A stretch of 64,000 nt of DNA from an uncultured Actinomycetes bacterium (GTDB lineage: Bacteria; Actinomycetota; Acidimicrobiia; IMCC26256; PALSA-610), in the NCBI GenBank assembly GCA_963807945.1, contig CAWEDT010000005.1, positions 20,624-84,623 on the forward strand. Direction: 5' to 3'. The first letter of the stretch is position 1. Each line of letters begins with the position of its first letter. Shown here in pieces: positions 39,645 to 51,925 of the stretch. A program made the position numbers and the translations under genes. The notes under the pieces are model-generated. The model worked only from the letters and a program-made list of their open reading frames with translations. It did no database searches and was not told where the DNA came from.

Positions 39645-41326
39645 TGGGCTTTGGCGGGCTTTCCATCGCATTGAGCTCGCTCAAGACGCAGCAGCGCGCG
39701 CTCGAAGTCGCCGCGAACAACGTCGCCAACGCGAACACCGCCGGATACACGCGCCAGGCGGCCGACATGACGACGCTCGGCAACGGGTTGGTGCCGGCGA
39801 TCTGGTCGACAGGGACGGGCGACGGAAGCGGCGTGCAGATCTCGTCGATCACCCGTTTTCGCGATGCGTTCCTCGAGATCCAGGCCGGCGCGCAGCACGC
39901 GTCATTGGCGAGCCTCGATCAGTCGAATACGACGCTTCAGCAGGTGCAGAACGTCTTCGCCGAGCCCAGCGACTCGGGCCTGGCATCCCAGATCTCCGAT
40001 CTGTGGTCGGCATGGGACTCCGTCGCCAACAATCCCGGCGATCCCGGTGCGCGCTCGGTTCTGCTCCAGCAGGCAACGACGGTCGCGACGAGCATCAACG
40101 CCGCGGCCAACACGCTCCAGGGGATGAAGACCAGCGAGACCGCGCAGCTCGGCAATCTCGTCACGCAGATCAACACGACCGCGACCGCGCTCGCGCAGGT
40201 CAACGGGTCGATCAAGAGCGGCAGCCTCGCCGGTTTGAACGTCAACCAGCTCGAGGACCAGCGCGACCAGCTCGCGAACCAGCTCGCTTCGCTCACCGGC
40301 GGCACGATTCAAACCGGACCGAACGATCAAGTAACGGTGTCGCTGAACGGCACGAACCTTGTTTCGGAGAACCACGCGAGCGCGTTGACGCTCGACTCGT
40401 CCGGTCCGACCGCGGTGTTCCGCGTCGTACAGGGCGGCTTCGCGGTTTCGGTCACGTCGGGTCAGGCCGGCGCCATGCTCAACGACATCAACACCGTGAT
40501 TCCGGGCTTCATGACCCAGCTCGACGGTGTCGCGACAACGTTGCGCGATCAGGTCAACAACGTCGTCAGCCCGATTTCGGGAACGCTCACGCCGGCCGCG
40601 CAAGATCAGAGCGCCGCGGGAACGCTGCAGTTCTCACTCGAGCTCGACGGCGCCGCGCCCACGACCGTTTCGATCACCGGCGCCGACTGGTCGGGCGCCG
40701 GTGGCGCGGCCGCACTCCAAACCGCGTTGCAGACCGCGATCAACACCGCGATCGGCGCGGGCAATGCAACCGCCACCGTGACGACCAACACCGACGGATC
40801 ACTTTCCGTGGGTATCGCGCCTACTGCGACTCACGCGCTGCAGGTGCAGGCGAGCGGAGCCAACACTGGGTTCGCGACCTTGCTGGGCGGCACCCCGGTC
40901 GGCAGCGACGGAATCGGTGGTCGCGCCTTCTTTTCCGGCACCAATGCGCTGACGCTCGGGCTCTCCGCACTCGTCTCCGGCAACCCGGCCGCAGTTACCA
41001 CCGGAGTGGCGGGCAAGGGTCCGCTCGACGCCAGCATCGCGATCCAACTCGGCGACATGTCGTCGTCGACGACCGGAACCGACACCGCGTACAACACGAT
41101 GATCGTGCAACTCGGTGTCGCCGCCAAAGACGTGCAGACCCGGGAAAACATCCAATCTCAGTCAGTACAGAGCCTCGATGCGGCTCGGACCTCTCAAGCC
41201 GGGGTCAACACCGACGAAGAGATGACGAACATGGTCGAGTACCAGAAGGCCTACGAAGCCTCGGCCAAGTTCATCAGCTCCATCGACGAGATGCTGACCA
41301 GCATCATCAACATGGTCGGAAACTGA
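39644..41326 (+). CDS. flgK: Hook-associated protein FlgK
   Basis: LEVAANNVANANTAGYTRQ, FAEPSD, DQRDQL, GVNTDEEMTNMVEYQKAYEASAK. Confidence 0.95.
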   Translation: MGFGGLSIALSSLKTQQRALEVAANNVANANTAGYTRQAADMTTLGNGLVPAIWSTGTGDGSGVQISSITRFRDAFLEIQAGAQHASLASLDQSNTTLQQVQNVFAEPSDSGLASQISDLWSAWDSVANNPGDPGARSVLLQQATTVATSINAAANTLQGMKTSETAQLGNLVTQINTTATALAQVNGSIKSGSLAGLNVNQLEDQRDQLANQLASLTGGTIQTGPNDQVTVSLNGTNLVSENHASALTLDSSGPTAVFRVVQGGFAVSVTSGQAGAMLNDINTVIPGFMTQLDGVATTLRDQVNNVVSPISGTLTPAAQDQSAAGTLQFSLELDGAAPTTVSITGADWSGAGGAAALQTALQTAINTAIGAGNATATVTTNTDGSLSVGIAPTATHALQVQASGANTGFATLLGGTPVGSDGIGGRAFFSGTNALTLGLSALVSGNPAAVTTGVAGKGPLDASIAIQLGDMSSSTTGTDTAYNTMIVQLGVAAKDVQTRENIQSQSVQSLDAARTSQAGVNTDEEMTNMVEYQKAYEASAKFISSIDEMLTSIINMVGN

Positions 41327-41370
41327 TGACGAACACCTGATCGCGAGCACCAGCCTCCGAAGGCCGAACG

Positions 41371-42249
41371 ATGATCGGCCGCATCGCAGACCAGTCGCTC
41401 GCGCAGAGCTCGATTCAGAATTTGCAAGGGAATCTGGCCCTCATCGCGGATCTCCAGAACCAGGCGTCGACCGGCAAGAAGCTGAACAAGCCGTCGGACT
41501 CGCCGGTTGGTATCGGGGAGTCGCTCTCGATCCGCTCGTCGCTGAGTCGCAACACGCAACTTTCCACGAACATCGACGACGCCGAAGGCTGGCTCGGTAC
41601 CGCGGGCTCGACGCTCGGTTCGGTAGGAACGCAACTCCAAACGATCAACTCGCTCGTGTTGCAGGCCGCGAACGCCGGGACCGATCAGAACGGTCGCAAT
41701 GCAATCGCGAACCAGATCGATCAGCTTCGGCAGAGCATTCTCGGTCTCGCGAACACGCAGTACGGCAACCGGCCGTTGTTCGGCGGCACCGCGTCCGGGA
41801 ACGTCGCCTACGACGCGTCAGGGAACTACGTCGGGACGGCGGCGCCAATTGAGCGAACCGTCGCGCCCGGCGTGCAAGTGCAGGTCAACGTCGATGGCGA
41901 CACCGTGTTCGGTCCGCCCGGCAACAGCTTGTTCACCACGCTCGCGCAGATCTCCGACGCGGTCCGCGCCGGAACGTCGCTGAACGCGTTGGGAACGCAG
42001 CTGAAGACGCAGACCCAGAACGTCTTGACCCAACAGGCCTTGACCGGTGCGACCTACGCCCGGATCGAGACGATCAAGAACCAGAACACAACCAACGCAT
42101 CGACGATGCAACAGAACCTCTCCAACGTCGAGGACGTCGATCTGCCCCAGGTCCTGATGAACCTGCAGGCCCAGGAGACGACGTACCAATCGGCGCTCGC
42201 CGCGGCAGCGAAGGCCATCCAGCCCTCGCTCGCCGCCTTCTTGCAGTAG
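41371..42249 (+). CDS. flgL: Hook-associated protein FlgL
   Basis: STGKKLNKPSDSP, LANTQYGNRPLFGGT, VEDVDL, YQSALAA..IQPSL. Confidence 0.93.
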   Translation: MIGRIADQSLAQSSIQNLQGNLALIADLQNQASTGKKLNKPSDSPVGIGESLSIRSSLSRNTQLSTNIDDAEGWLGTAGSTLGSVGTQLQTINSLVLQAANAGTDQNGRNAIANQIDQLRQSILGLANTQYGNRPLFGGTASGNVAYDASGNYVGTAAPIERTVAPGVQVQVNVDGDTVFGPPGNSLFTTLAQISDAVRAGTSLNALGTQLKTQTQNVLTQQALTGATYARIETIKNQNTTNASTMQQNLSNVEDVDLPQVLMNLQAQETTYQSALAAAAKAIQPSLAAFLQ

Positions 42250-42255
42250 GTGTCC

Positions 42256-42669
42256 ATGCTCGAGACGGATGCACAGACCGACTTCGTGGAGATCCGGTTC
42301 GCCGCCGGCCTCCCGGGCTTTCCGCACGTCCACGTCTTCTCGCTGAAGCCGTGGGGCCCGCCGGGCAGCCCGTACCTCCTGCTGACATCCGTCGACGACT
42401 CCGACGTGGGTTTCGTCGTGGTGCCGCCGTGGGTCTTCTACCCCGAGTACGAGTTCGACCTCGACGACTCGACCGCCGAACGATTGGGTCTCTCCGTTGC
42501 CGAGGACGCGATCGTGCTCGCGGTTGTGACATTGCGCGATCGCCCCGACGAGGCGACGCTCAACTTGCTCGGACCGATCGTCGTGAACCGTCACACGCAC
42601 GAGGCCGCTCAGGTCGTGTTGCCGACGACGAGTCACAGCGTGCGCGCACCGCTCGCGTTCGCGGGCTGA
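42256..42669 (+). CDS. fliW: Flagellar assembly factor FliW
   Basis: GLPGFP, VVPPWVFYPEYEF, TLNLLGPIVVN, AAQVVL. Confidence 0.92.
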   Translation: MLETDAQTDFVEIRFAAGLPGFPHVHVFSLKPWGPPGSPYLLLTSVDDSDVGFVVVPPWVFYPEYEFDLDDSTAERLGLSVAEDAIVLAVVTLRDRPDEATLNLLGPIVVNRHTHEAAQVVLPTTSHSVRAPLAFAG

Positions 42670-42849
42670 TTTTCTCGCTGGATCTCACGCTGGATCTCGC
42701 TGCGCGGGCGGATCGCGCGGCTTGTGATCCCGCGCCGCGCGTTCGCGGAAGCGAAGCGCGCGCGAGTACCGAGGCTCCGCGCGTATGGGACGTGAAACCC
42801 GTATGCTCGGTTTTCGGCCTCCACGGCGGCCCCACGGAGGGAGGACCCC

Positions 42850-43101
42850 GTGCTCGTGCTTACGCGACGTGCCAACCAGAGCATCATGATCGGTCACGAG
42901 ATCGTCGTGACCGTGCTCGAGGTGCGCGGTGATCAGGTACGTCTGGGTATCAAGGCGCCCCGGTCGATCGACGTGCACCGCGAAGAGATCTTCGCCCAGT
43001 TGCAGCAAGCGAACCGCGACGCCGTTCGCTCGTCGACCGAAGGGCTCGAAGACCTGCCCCGCGGCGCCGAAGAGCACCACGGCAGCCCGCGCGGGAAGTA
43101 G
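42850..43101 (+). CDS. csrA: Carbon storage regulator CsrA
   Basis: MLVLTRRANQSIMIG..VRLGIKAPRSIDVHREEI with the C-terminal extension (QANRDA) typical of FliW-controlled CsrA. Confidence 0.96.
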   Translation: MLVLTRRANQSIMIGHEIVVTVLEVRGDQVRLGIKAPRSIDVHREEIFAQLQQANRDAVRSSTEGLEDLPRGAEEHHGSPRGK

Positions 43102-43124
43102 CGAGAATCAGCGTCGAGCCGAGA

Positions 43125-44498
43125 TCACGTCGACCCGCTGAGGGTCGCGCAGAGATCGGCGAACGTGTCGACGTAGCGGTCGATGTCGGCGTCGGTGTGC
43201 TGCACCGAAAGCGTCCACTGCTCCTCGTCGCCCGGCGTCATGAACAACCCGCGGTTGACCATCCACGGGTACGACGCCGTGTAGAGATCGGTGTTCGTTT
43301 CGAGGAAGTCTCGGTAGTTGCGGAGCGGCTCCGGCCGGTACGACACGCAGCCCTTCGCGCCGAGATCCACCGTGTGGGCCGGGATGCCGTTGGCGTCGAG
43401 CGCGGCCTTGCAACCTTGGGCGAGGCGGGTGCCGAGGTGGCCGAGGTGCACGTACGCATCGGGCGTGAGCACTTCGGTGAGCGCCGCGAGACCGGCCGCG
43501 CACACCAGCGGGTTGGCGTTGAACGTGCCCTGATGCGCGGCGCCGCGGGCGATCACTTCCATCACGTCGCCCCGGCCGCCGAACGCGGCCGCGGGAGTGC
43601 CGCCGCCGATGGCCTTGGCGAAGCACGCGAGGTCGGGCTGCACGCCGTAGCGCTCGATCGCGCCGCCGGCCGCGATCGTCGCGCCGGATTTCACCTCGTC
43701 GAAGATGAGCAACGCGCCGTGCTTGTGCAGGAGATCGAGCAGGCCCTGCAGATAGCCGGGATCGGGAACCGCGATGCCGATGTTCATCATCACCGGTTCG
43801 ATGATCAGGCACGCGATCTCGTCGCCGCGCTCGTCGAGCAGCTTCGAGAGCACTTCGAGATCGTTGAACGGAACCGCGTGCGTGTGGCCGCGGAGGTACT
43901 TCGGGATTCCGAGTGACGTCGGTTCCGACGCGGGTTGCTCGCGTCCGCCCATCAGGTCGGCGTTCGGGACGACGGAGAACATCACCGCGTCGTGATGACC
44001 GTGATACGAGCCTTCGATCTTCACGATGTCGTCGCGACCGGTCGCGGCGCGCGCGATACGGATCGCGCTCATCGTCGCTTCGGTGCCCGAGTTCGCAAAA
44101 CGGACCTGATCGAGGTTGAACCGCCGGCACAGCTCCTCGGCGAAGAGCACGGTGTCTTCGGTGGGAACCGCGAAGTGCGAGCCGGTTCGGATCGCGCGTT
44201 CGATCGCCTCGATGATCTTCGGGTGGGCATGGCCGACGACCATCGAGCCGAAGCCGCCGTGGGTGTCGACGTACTCGTGACCGTCGACGTCGGTCACGTA
44301 CGCGCCGTGTCCTTCGCGCAGGTAGATCGGGTAGGGGTCGCCGATCTGGAACGACGAGGCGACGCCGAGCGGCATCGAACGCAAGGCCCGTTCGAACAGC
44401 GCGTGCGAAACCGGAGTGGAATCGGTGAGTCGGCCCTGCTCGATCTCGGCGATCTCGCGGGCCTTGACACTCAGGGGGTCGTTCTCGCCGGTCGTCAC
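43125..44498 (-). CDS. Class III aminotransferase (GSA-aminomutase-like)
   Basis: [49 protein letters not shown]. Confidence 0.88.
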   Translation of the reverse strand: MTTGENDPLSVKAREIAEIEQGRLTDSTPVSHALFERALRSMPLGVASSFQIGDPYPIYLREGHGAYVTDVDGHEYVDTHGGFGSMVVGHAHPKIIEAIERAIRTGSHFAVPTEDTVLFAEELCRRFNLDQVRFANSGTEATMSAIRIARAATGRDDIVKIEGSYHGHHDAVMFSVVPNADLMGGREQPASEPTSLGIPKYLRGHTHAVPFNDLEVLSKLLDERGDEIACLIIEPVMMNIGIAVPDPGYLQGLLDLLHKHGALLIFDEVKSGATIAAGGAIERYGVQPDLACFAKAIGGGTPAAAFGGRGDVMEVIARGAAHQGTFNANPLVCAAGLAALTEVLTPDAYVHLGHLGTRLAQGCKAALDANGIPAHTVDLGAKGCVSYRPEPLRNYRDFLETNTDLYTASYPWMVNRGLFMTPGDEEQWTLSVQHTDADIDRYVDTFADLCATLSGST

Positions 44499-45920
44499 AG
44501 CTTCACCATCACGTGTTTGATCTCGGTGTACGCCTCGATGGCGTAGATGGACATGTCCTTGCCGTAGCCCGACTGCTTGAAGCCGCCGTGGGGGAACTCC
44601 GACACGAGCGGAATGTGGTCGTTGACCCACACCGTGCCGAACTGGAGGTCCTTGGCCATTCGCATCGCGCGCCCGACGTCACTCGTCCAGACGCTCGCCG
44701 CGAGGCCGTACTTCACGTCGTTCGCCCATGTGAGCGCCTGCGCCTCGTCGGAGAAGCGCTGCACCGTGATCACCGGCCCGAACACTTCCTTCTGCACGAT
44801 CTCGGAGTCTTGGGCCGGGTTCACGACGACCGACGGTTCGTAGAAGAAGCCGTTCCCTTCGCGTACGTGGCCACCGGTCGTGACCTCGGCGCCGGCTTCG
44901 CGTGCACGGTCGACCATGCCGCGTACCCGAGCGAGTTGCTCGCCCGAGACGACCGGTCCCCATCGCGGTGTCGGCGTCGAGCGGGTTGCCGGTCTTCACA
45001 CCGGCCGCCGACTCGGTCAGCTGCCCGACGACGCCGTCGAACACGCCCGGCCCTGCGATGACGCGGCACGGCGCGGTGCAGTCTTGGCCGGAGTTGTAGT
45101 AGCCCGTCTCGGTGAGCGTCGCGACGACGGCTTCGATGTCGGCGTCGTCGAACACGATCACCGGCGCCTTGCCGCCGAGCTCGAGGTGCACGCGTTTCAG
45201 CGAATCGGATGCGGCCCGCGCGATCGCCATGCCGGTCGCGACGTCGCCGGTGAGCGAGACCATCGCGACATCGGGATGCTTCACCAGCGACGCGCCCGTG
45301 TGCTCGCCGTCACCGGTCACGACGTTGAGCACGCCCGGGAGGCAGGATGTCGGCGGTGATCTCGGCCAGGCGCAACGCGCTCAGGGGCGTGAGCTCCGAC
45401 GGCTTCAGCACGACGGTGTTGCCCGCCGCGAGCGCGGGGCCGACCTTCCACGTCGCCATGTTGAGCGGGTAGTTCCACGGCGCGATCGAACGCGACCACG
45501 CCGATCGGGTCACGGCGCATGAACGAGGTGTGGCCTTCCATGTACTCGCCGGACGCGCGCCCGTCGAGGAAGCGCGCGCCCGGCCGCGAAGAAGCGCCAG
45601 TTGTCGACGGTGAGGTCCATCTCGAAGTCGATGATGGAAAGCGGTTTGCCGACGTTGCGGACCTCGAGATCCTGGAGTGTCGGCAGGTCGGCTTCGATGG
45701 CGTCGGCGACCTTGCTCAGCATCTCGAACCGCTGGCGGGGAGTGGTGCCCGACCAGGCCTCGAACGCGGCCGCGGCCGCGGCCACCGCGTCATTCACATC
45801 GGCGGAATCACTGGAAGCCACTTCGTCGAGCTCAGCGCCGGTCGCGGGGTCGATGACCCGGTCGGTGGCTCCGCTGCGGGCCGGCTTCCAGGCCCCTCCG
45901 ATGAAGTTGTCTCGTGCCAT
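44495..45920 (-). CDS. Aminobutyraldehyde dehydrogenase-like ALDH (frameshifted)
   Basis: [60 protein letters not shown]. Confidence 0.88.
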
Positions 45921-46067
45921 CTCCTGGTCTCCGCATCGTGGGTTCAGGCGCTTCGCATCTTCAGGTCGAGTTGCCAAGTGTCGAAACACCCTATGAGGCG
46001 CGGGACCGCTTCGCCCTCCCCGGGGGGCGGCAACAGACCCAACGGGTTGGGGCTACGTGACGCAGGT

Positions 46068-49000
46068 ATGACGCGCTCCTCGACGACGAACGAGTCGCCC
46101 GTGGCCGATGCCGACCTGCGTCTCATCGCGGAGTCGATTCCGCACATCGTCTGGATGGCCGACGCCGATGGGGCAACCGACTACCTCAATCGCCAGGGCA
46201 CGACCTACACCGGGCTCGCGCCCGAAGCGAACTTCGGTTGGGATTGGGTCTCGCTGGTTCATCCCGAAGACGCCGACCGGGGCCGGCGCGCGTGGGAGTA
46301 CGCGACGCAGACCCAAACCGCCCTTCGGCTCGACTACCGGATCCGTCGCTTCGACGGCGAGTACCGCTGGCATGCATTTCGCAGTCTTCCGATTCGCGAC
46401 GAGCACGGCGTCGTGGTGCGTTGGATCGGAACCGCGACCGACATCGACGACGATCGCCGGTCGAGCTTCGCCCGCCGCATCGCCGATCGCGAGTCGGCCG
46501 AGGCGTTGACCCTGCTCGAAACGGTGATCTCGACGGCACCGTTCGGGTTCGGGTTCGTAGACCGTGATTTCCGGATGCTGCGCATCAACGAGACACTCGC
46601 GGCCGTCAACGGGACGACCGTTGCCGATCACCTCGGCCGGCGCGTGGCCGAGATCGCGCCCGCCCATTGGCCGCAGCTCGAGCCGCTGTACCGGCATGTG
46701 CTCGACCACGACGAAGCAGTGCTCGACATTCCCGTTTCCAACTCGCCCGACCGCCCGGGCCGCGGCGGCACTGGTTGACCAGCCTGTACCCGGTCTCGTT
46801 GAACGGCGAGGTCATCGGGATCGGCGTCGTCCTGGTCGACGTCACCGAACGCAAGACGGCCGAGGACGCGCTCCGATTCGAGACGGAGCTGCTCGACGCG
46901 GTCGGGCAGGCAATCGTCGCGATCGACACGTCCGGCACGGTTGTCTATTGGAACCGCGCCGCAGAAGACATGTTCGGCTCCTCGGAGCGCCACGCCGTCG
47001 GCCGGAATCTCGCCGATCTCATTCGGTTGGAGAAACCAATCGAGGAGGTGCGCGCGATCTTCGCCGTATGGCTCCGAGGCGAACATTGGGCCGGCGACGT
47101 GACGGTGGCCCGCGCCGATGGTGTGCGAGTCCCGATGTACGTCAGCACCACGCCCTTCTTCGGCCCGGACGGAGAACTGGTCGCGACCATCGGTGTGTGC
47201 ATCGACGTGACGGAGCGCGAGCTCGCACGGCGCGAGCTCGAGGCGAGCCAGTCAAGACTCGCGGAGGCGCAGCGAATCGCGCACGTCGGGAGCTTCGAGC
47301 TCGATCGCATGACGTGGGAGATGACGTGGTCGGAGGAGCTCTACCGCGTGCTCGGCGTCGACCCCGCGCTCGAACCCACGACCGACCTGATGGTGTCGAC
47401 GGTGCATCACGAGGATCTCGCCCGCGTGATCAAGGTGTGGACGGAGGCGATGCAAGGCGGAGCGGCGTTCGACGCCGTCTATCGGATCGTCCGTGCCGAT
47501 TCGTCGGAGCGCACCGTTCGCACGCGGGTGATCGCCGATTTCGGAGCCGACGGTGCGATCGTCCGGCTGCTCGGCACGATCATGGACGAGACCGATCGGT
47601 TCGAAGCCGAACGTGATCGTCGCGACGCCGAGACCCGGTTCGAGATCGGCTTCGAGCAGTCGGCCATCGGCGCGGTCATCGCCGATGTCGAGGGATTGGC
47701 GGTACGTGTCAACGCGGCCGCATGCGCGTTGCTCGGGCGCCCGAAGGAATTGCTGCTCGGGCGCACGTGGAACGCCTACATACCCAGTGACGAAGTACCG
47801 GTCAGCGGCTTCGTGAGGAAGCGGGTGCACTTCCGGCCACGACAATTACTCCGACGAGCGCCGGTTCGTTCGTCCCGACGGCAGCGTCGTGTGGGCGTCG
47901 TGTCACGTCAGCCTCGTGCGCGACGAGACCGGAGAGCCCCAATACTTCTTCTCGCAACTCCAGGACATCACCGAACGCAAGGCGATGGAGGAGGAGCTCG
48001 CGCATCAGGCGCTGCACGACTCCCTTACGGGGCTCCCCAACCGGTCGTTGCTCACCGATCGCCTGTTGCAGGGCTTGGCGTCGTCGCGGCGCCGCAACTC
48101 GCAAGCCGGTGTGATCTTCATCGACATCGATCGGCTGAAGGACGTCAACGATTCGCTGGGCCATTCCGCCGGCGACGAGCTGTTGCGCATCGTCGCCGAT
48201 CGGATCTCGCAGGCCATCCGGCCCGGCGACACCGCGGCCCGGCTCGGTGGCGACGAGTTCGTCGTGGTGTGCGACGACGTGACTGCCGATCGAGACGGAG
48301 GTCATCGCGGTCGCGCATCCTCGAGTCGCTCGGCCTGCCCTGCATGAGCGGCGGCGAGGAGATGCGAGTAACTGCCAGCATCGGCATCGCGATGGCCGAC
48401 GCCGACTCCACGCCGGAGGTCCTGCTGCGCGACTCCGACGCCGCGATGTACCGCGCCAAGGAACTGGGTCGGGGCCGAATCGAGTTCTTCGACGAGGCAT
48501 TGCGCTCGCGTGGCGAGCGCCGGATGTCGACGACCTCCTCGTTGCAGCGCGCGCTCGAACGCGAAGAGTTCCAAGTTGAGTACCAGCCGATCATCGATCT
48601 GCAGACCGGGAGGATGGTCAGCGCCGAGGCGCTCTTGCGGTGGGAGCATCCCGAACGCGGCCTCGTGCCTCCGCACGAATTCATCCCGCTCGCGGAGGAG
48701 ACCGGACTCATCGTGCCGATCGGCGCCTGGGTGCTCGACCGTGCATGCCGGCAGCTCGCGCGCTGGCAGCGCATCGACCGCTCGATGACCGTCGCCGTGA
48801 ACCTCTCGACGCGTCAGCTCCTCGATCCTGCGATCGCGGCGCGACTCGCGGCGGTGTTGTTGCAGAGCGGCGCCCGGGCGAAAGGTCTCTGTCTCGAGCT
48901 GACCGAGAGCGTGTTCATGGAAGACGTCGACTTCTTCGGGAACGTGCTCGCCCGGCTCAAACGGTCGGGCGTGCGGCTGACGATCGACGACTTCGGAACC

Positions 49001-49300
49001 GGTTACTCGTCGCTCAGCTATCTCAAGCGGTTCCCGCTCGACGCGGTGAAGGTCGACCGCGCGTTCGTCGACGGTCTCGGTACCGATCCGCACGACTCGG
49101 CACTCGTCGCCGCGATCGTCGCGATGGCGGCCGCGCTCGATCTCGAGGTCACCGCCGAGGGCGTGGAAACCCAGGATCAGCTCGCACACCTGAAGCGGTT
49201 GGGTTGCCGCCGGGTGCAGGGTTTTCATCTGGCCCGGTCGATGTCGGCCGACGCGATCACCGAGTTGGTCGTCGATGCGCGGTGCTGGCCCGTCGACTGA
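46068..49300 (+). CDS. Multi-PAS GGDEF-EAL c-di-GMP signalling protein (frameshifted)
   Basis: Several PAS/PAC segments, [56 protein letters not shown]. Confidence 0.92.
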
Positions 49301-49349
49301 ACGATCATTCGGTGTGATTGGGCATGTCGGCGTGGTCGAGCATGTGAGC

Positions 49350-49934
49350 GTGATCGAGCCGGGACGGATCGTGGTGCTCAACGGCACGTCGAGCTCGGGC
49401 AAGACGTCGATCGCCGACGCGTTCCAGGAGTTGCGCGGCGCAGGCGGGTGAGCTCTGGATCGTGGTCGCGCTCGACGATTTCATCGGGAAAGTGCCGGCC
49501 CGCTGGGTCGAGGTCGGGCCATTGGGCCGGCTCGCTCGCGCGTGACGGCGTGCAATTGGTGCGTGACGGCGACCGCGCCAACTTCCACATTGGCGATCAG
49601 GCGAAACGACTGATGCGCGCGTACCGCCGATCAGTACGCGAGACCGCGCTCGCCGGGAATCAACGTGATCGTCGACGAGGTGTCGCTCCAGGAGCCCGAG
49701 TGGCTCGATTGGTGCGAGGCGCTCGACGGTCTCGGCGCGATGTGGGTCGCGGTTCACTGCGACGTCGAGGTCGCGTCGCAACGCGAAGCGGCTCGGGGCG
49801 ACCGCGAGCTTGGCCTGGTTCGGGGTCAGGCCGACGTCGTGCACCGTTATCCGGTGTACGCACTCGAGCTCGACACGACTGCGACACCGTCGAGGAGGTC
49901 GTCGGCCGGCTCGACGAGTTCGTCGGGAAGTTAG
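49350..49934 (+). CDS. Chloramphenicol phosphotransferase-like P-loop kinase (frameshifted)
   Basis: IVVLNGTSSSGKT, WVAVHC..REAARGDR..G, YALELDT. Confidence 0.75.
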
Positions 49935-50522
49935 AGCCCCGCGATTCGTGACTCGATACGACGATCGGGCACGAGCCACATCAGCGCGACGAGCACATAC
50001 AGCGACAACGCGACCCACCGGTTCACGAATGCGAGCGGAATCGCCACCGCGCAGATGACGGGAGAGATCTTGCCCTTCATGTCTCGTCCCAGTGCATCGG
50101 CGAGTGCGGTGTCGTCACCTTGCGCGGCGATGATCGTGGTCTTGAGCACGTAGTAGGCGATGCCGGCCATGAACAGCACGACGCCGTACGCGGCAGTAGG
50201 TAGTCTCCGCGAAATGGTTCTCGCCCATCCAGCCGGTGAAGAACGGGAAGAGCGAAAGCCAAAACAGGAGATGAAGGTTCGCCCACAGCACGGCACCGTT
50301 CACTCGCCGCGTGGCCATGAACATGTGATGGTGGTTGTTCCAGTAGATGCCGAGGAACACGAAGCTCAGCACGTAGGTGAGAAACACGGGCACGAGATCT
50401 TTCAATGCCGACACGTGCGCGCTGTCGGGATGGCCGTGCGGGATCTTCAGCTCCAGCACCATGATCGTGATCAGGATCGCGATCACACCGTCGCTGAATG
50501 CCTGAACCCGATCCTTCTCCAC
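49931..50522 (-). CDS. TMEM175-family potassium channel-like protein (frameshifted)
   Basis: RVQAFSDGVIAILITIMVLE, YVLSF..IYWNNHHH, WLVPDRRIE. Confidence 0.9.
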
Positions 50523-50717
50523 GACTCGACACTAGGTCGCGACAGTCTTTTCCCGGTTGATGACTCGCGCCGCATGAATAGTGAGTCCGGCACTCGCAAG
50601 AAATCCGAAGACGTACACCCACGATTGCCCGCCCGCCGCGATCGCGGTGACAAGCAATGCACAGGTTGACTCGCCGATGCTCGTCGGCGATCGGTGCCGC
50701 GCCAAACTTCTACATGT

Positions 50718-51141
50718 ATGGGTATCGGCTATCGCTGCGATTCGTCGGGTTGCACATTCATCGTCTGGGACGGTGATGTGACGCCCGAGCAATGGGCGGA
50801 GCACATCGCGCGCCTGGCCGCGGATCCCGAGTTTCCTCCGGGGCCGCTCATGCTCGCCGACATCAGCACCTCGGGCGGCGCTCCGAGCATCGAGCCCGCA
50901 GACATCGAGGCGATGGCGGCGCGCTGGAGTGCCGCGGCCACCGAGCTCGGGAAGATGCAGTGGGCGATCGTCCCCAACGAGGCGTGGGAGAAGGCCCGCC
51001 ATTTTGAAAAGGCGCTCGCGGCCGCCGGCGTTCCGCACGATGGTGTTCAACGAACCGTGGTCGGCGTGCAGTTGGCTCGGCGTCGACCCCGATCATGGCC
51101 GCTCGATCATCTCGGAGATCCGCGCCGGCCTCCGCACGTGA
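50718..51141 (+). CDS. Hypothetical protein, STAS/SpoIIAA-like (frameshifted)
   Basis: WDGDVT, LADIS, WAIV, C-terminal VFNEPWSACSWLG pattern. Confidence 0.5.
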
Positions 51142-51168
51142 TCGCGCGCGCTCTCTCCGTGCGGTCGG

Positions 51169-51925
51169 CTACTGCAGGTAGCGGCCGAAGAAGTCCCAGA
51201 TCAACTTCCACCCGTCGCGCGCCGCGTCGAGGCGGTAGTTGGGGCGATCGACGGAGAAGAACGCATGGCCGGCGTTCTCGAAGGTGTGGAACTCGTAGGT
51301 CTTGCCGTTCGCGCGCAACGCTTCCTCGATCACCGCCGTCTGCTCGGGTGACGGATTGCCGTCTTCTACGCCGAACAATCCGAGCAGCGGGCAGCGCAGG
51401 TCGGGCGTCCGGTCGACGGGCGAGATCGGGCGGGCGGGCGTGAGATCTTCCGGGCGTGGCGACGACGCGTCCGCCGTAGCAGTCGACCGCGGCGTCGAAG
51501 TCGACGCTGCACGCAACCACGTACGCCTGGCGGCCGCCGGAGCAATACCCGATCACGCCGACCCGCCCGTTCGATTCGGCCTCGTCGGGTGAACGACGCC
51601 GCGCAACCAGTCGGCGGCACCCTGCACGTCGCCGATGCACTGGTCGTCGGGAACTCCACCCGCTTCGATCGCGGCCGCCGGCGGCGTCGGTCGCTTTGGC
51701 GCCCGGTGCATACCGGTAGTGGAGGTTGGGGCACAGCGCCGCGTATCCGTAGGTCGCGAACGTGCGCACGATCTCCTTGGTCGAACGGTCGTAGCCGGGC
51801 ATGTGATGGATCACGACGACACCCGGATGCGGTCCCGGCGTGGTCGGCGTCGCGAAGTACGCCTCGATCTCGTCGCCGCCGAAACCGGTGATGGTGACCG
51901 ACTCGGCCTTCATCGGAGTGTCCAT
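51169..51925 (-). CDS. Dienelactone hydrolase family (frameshifted)
   Basis: PGVVVIHH, VGVIGYCSGG, LGLFG.ED, AGHAF, DGWK. Confidence 0.88.

Noticed and set aside
39158-41326. 722-aa FlgN-FlgK fusion in the ORF track
   Set aside because: The FlgN C-terminus continues in another frame and stops at TGA overlapping the flgK ATG (39642-39646), so the fusion is an indel artefact.
43125-44498. hemL (tetrapyrrole synthesis)
   Set aside because: No hem genes nearby and it is coupled to an aminobutyraldehyde dehydrogenase, so no gene symbol was assigned.
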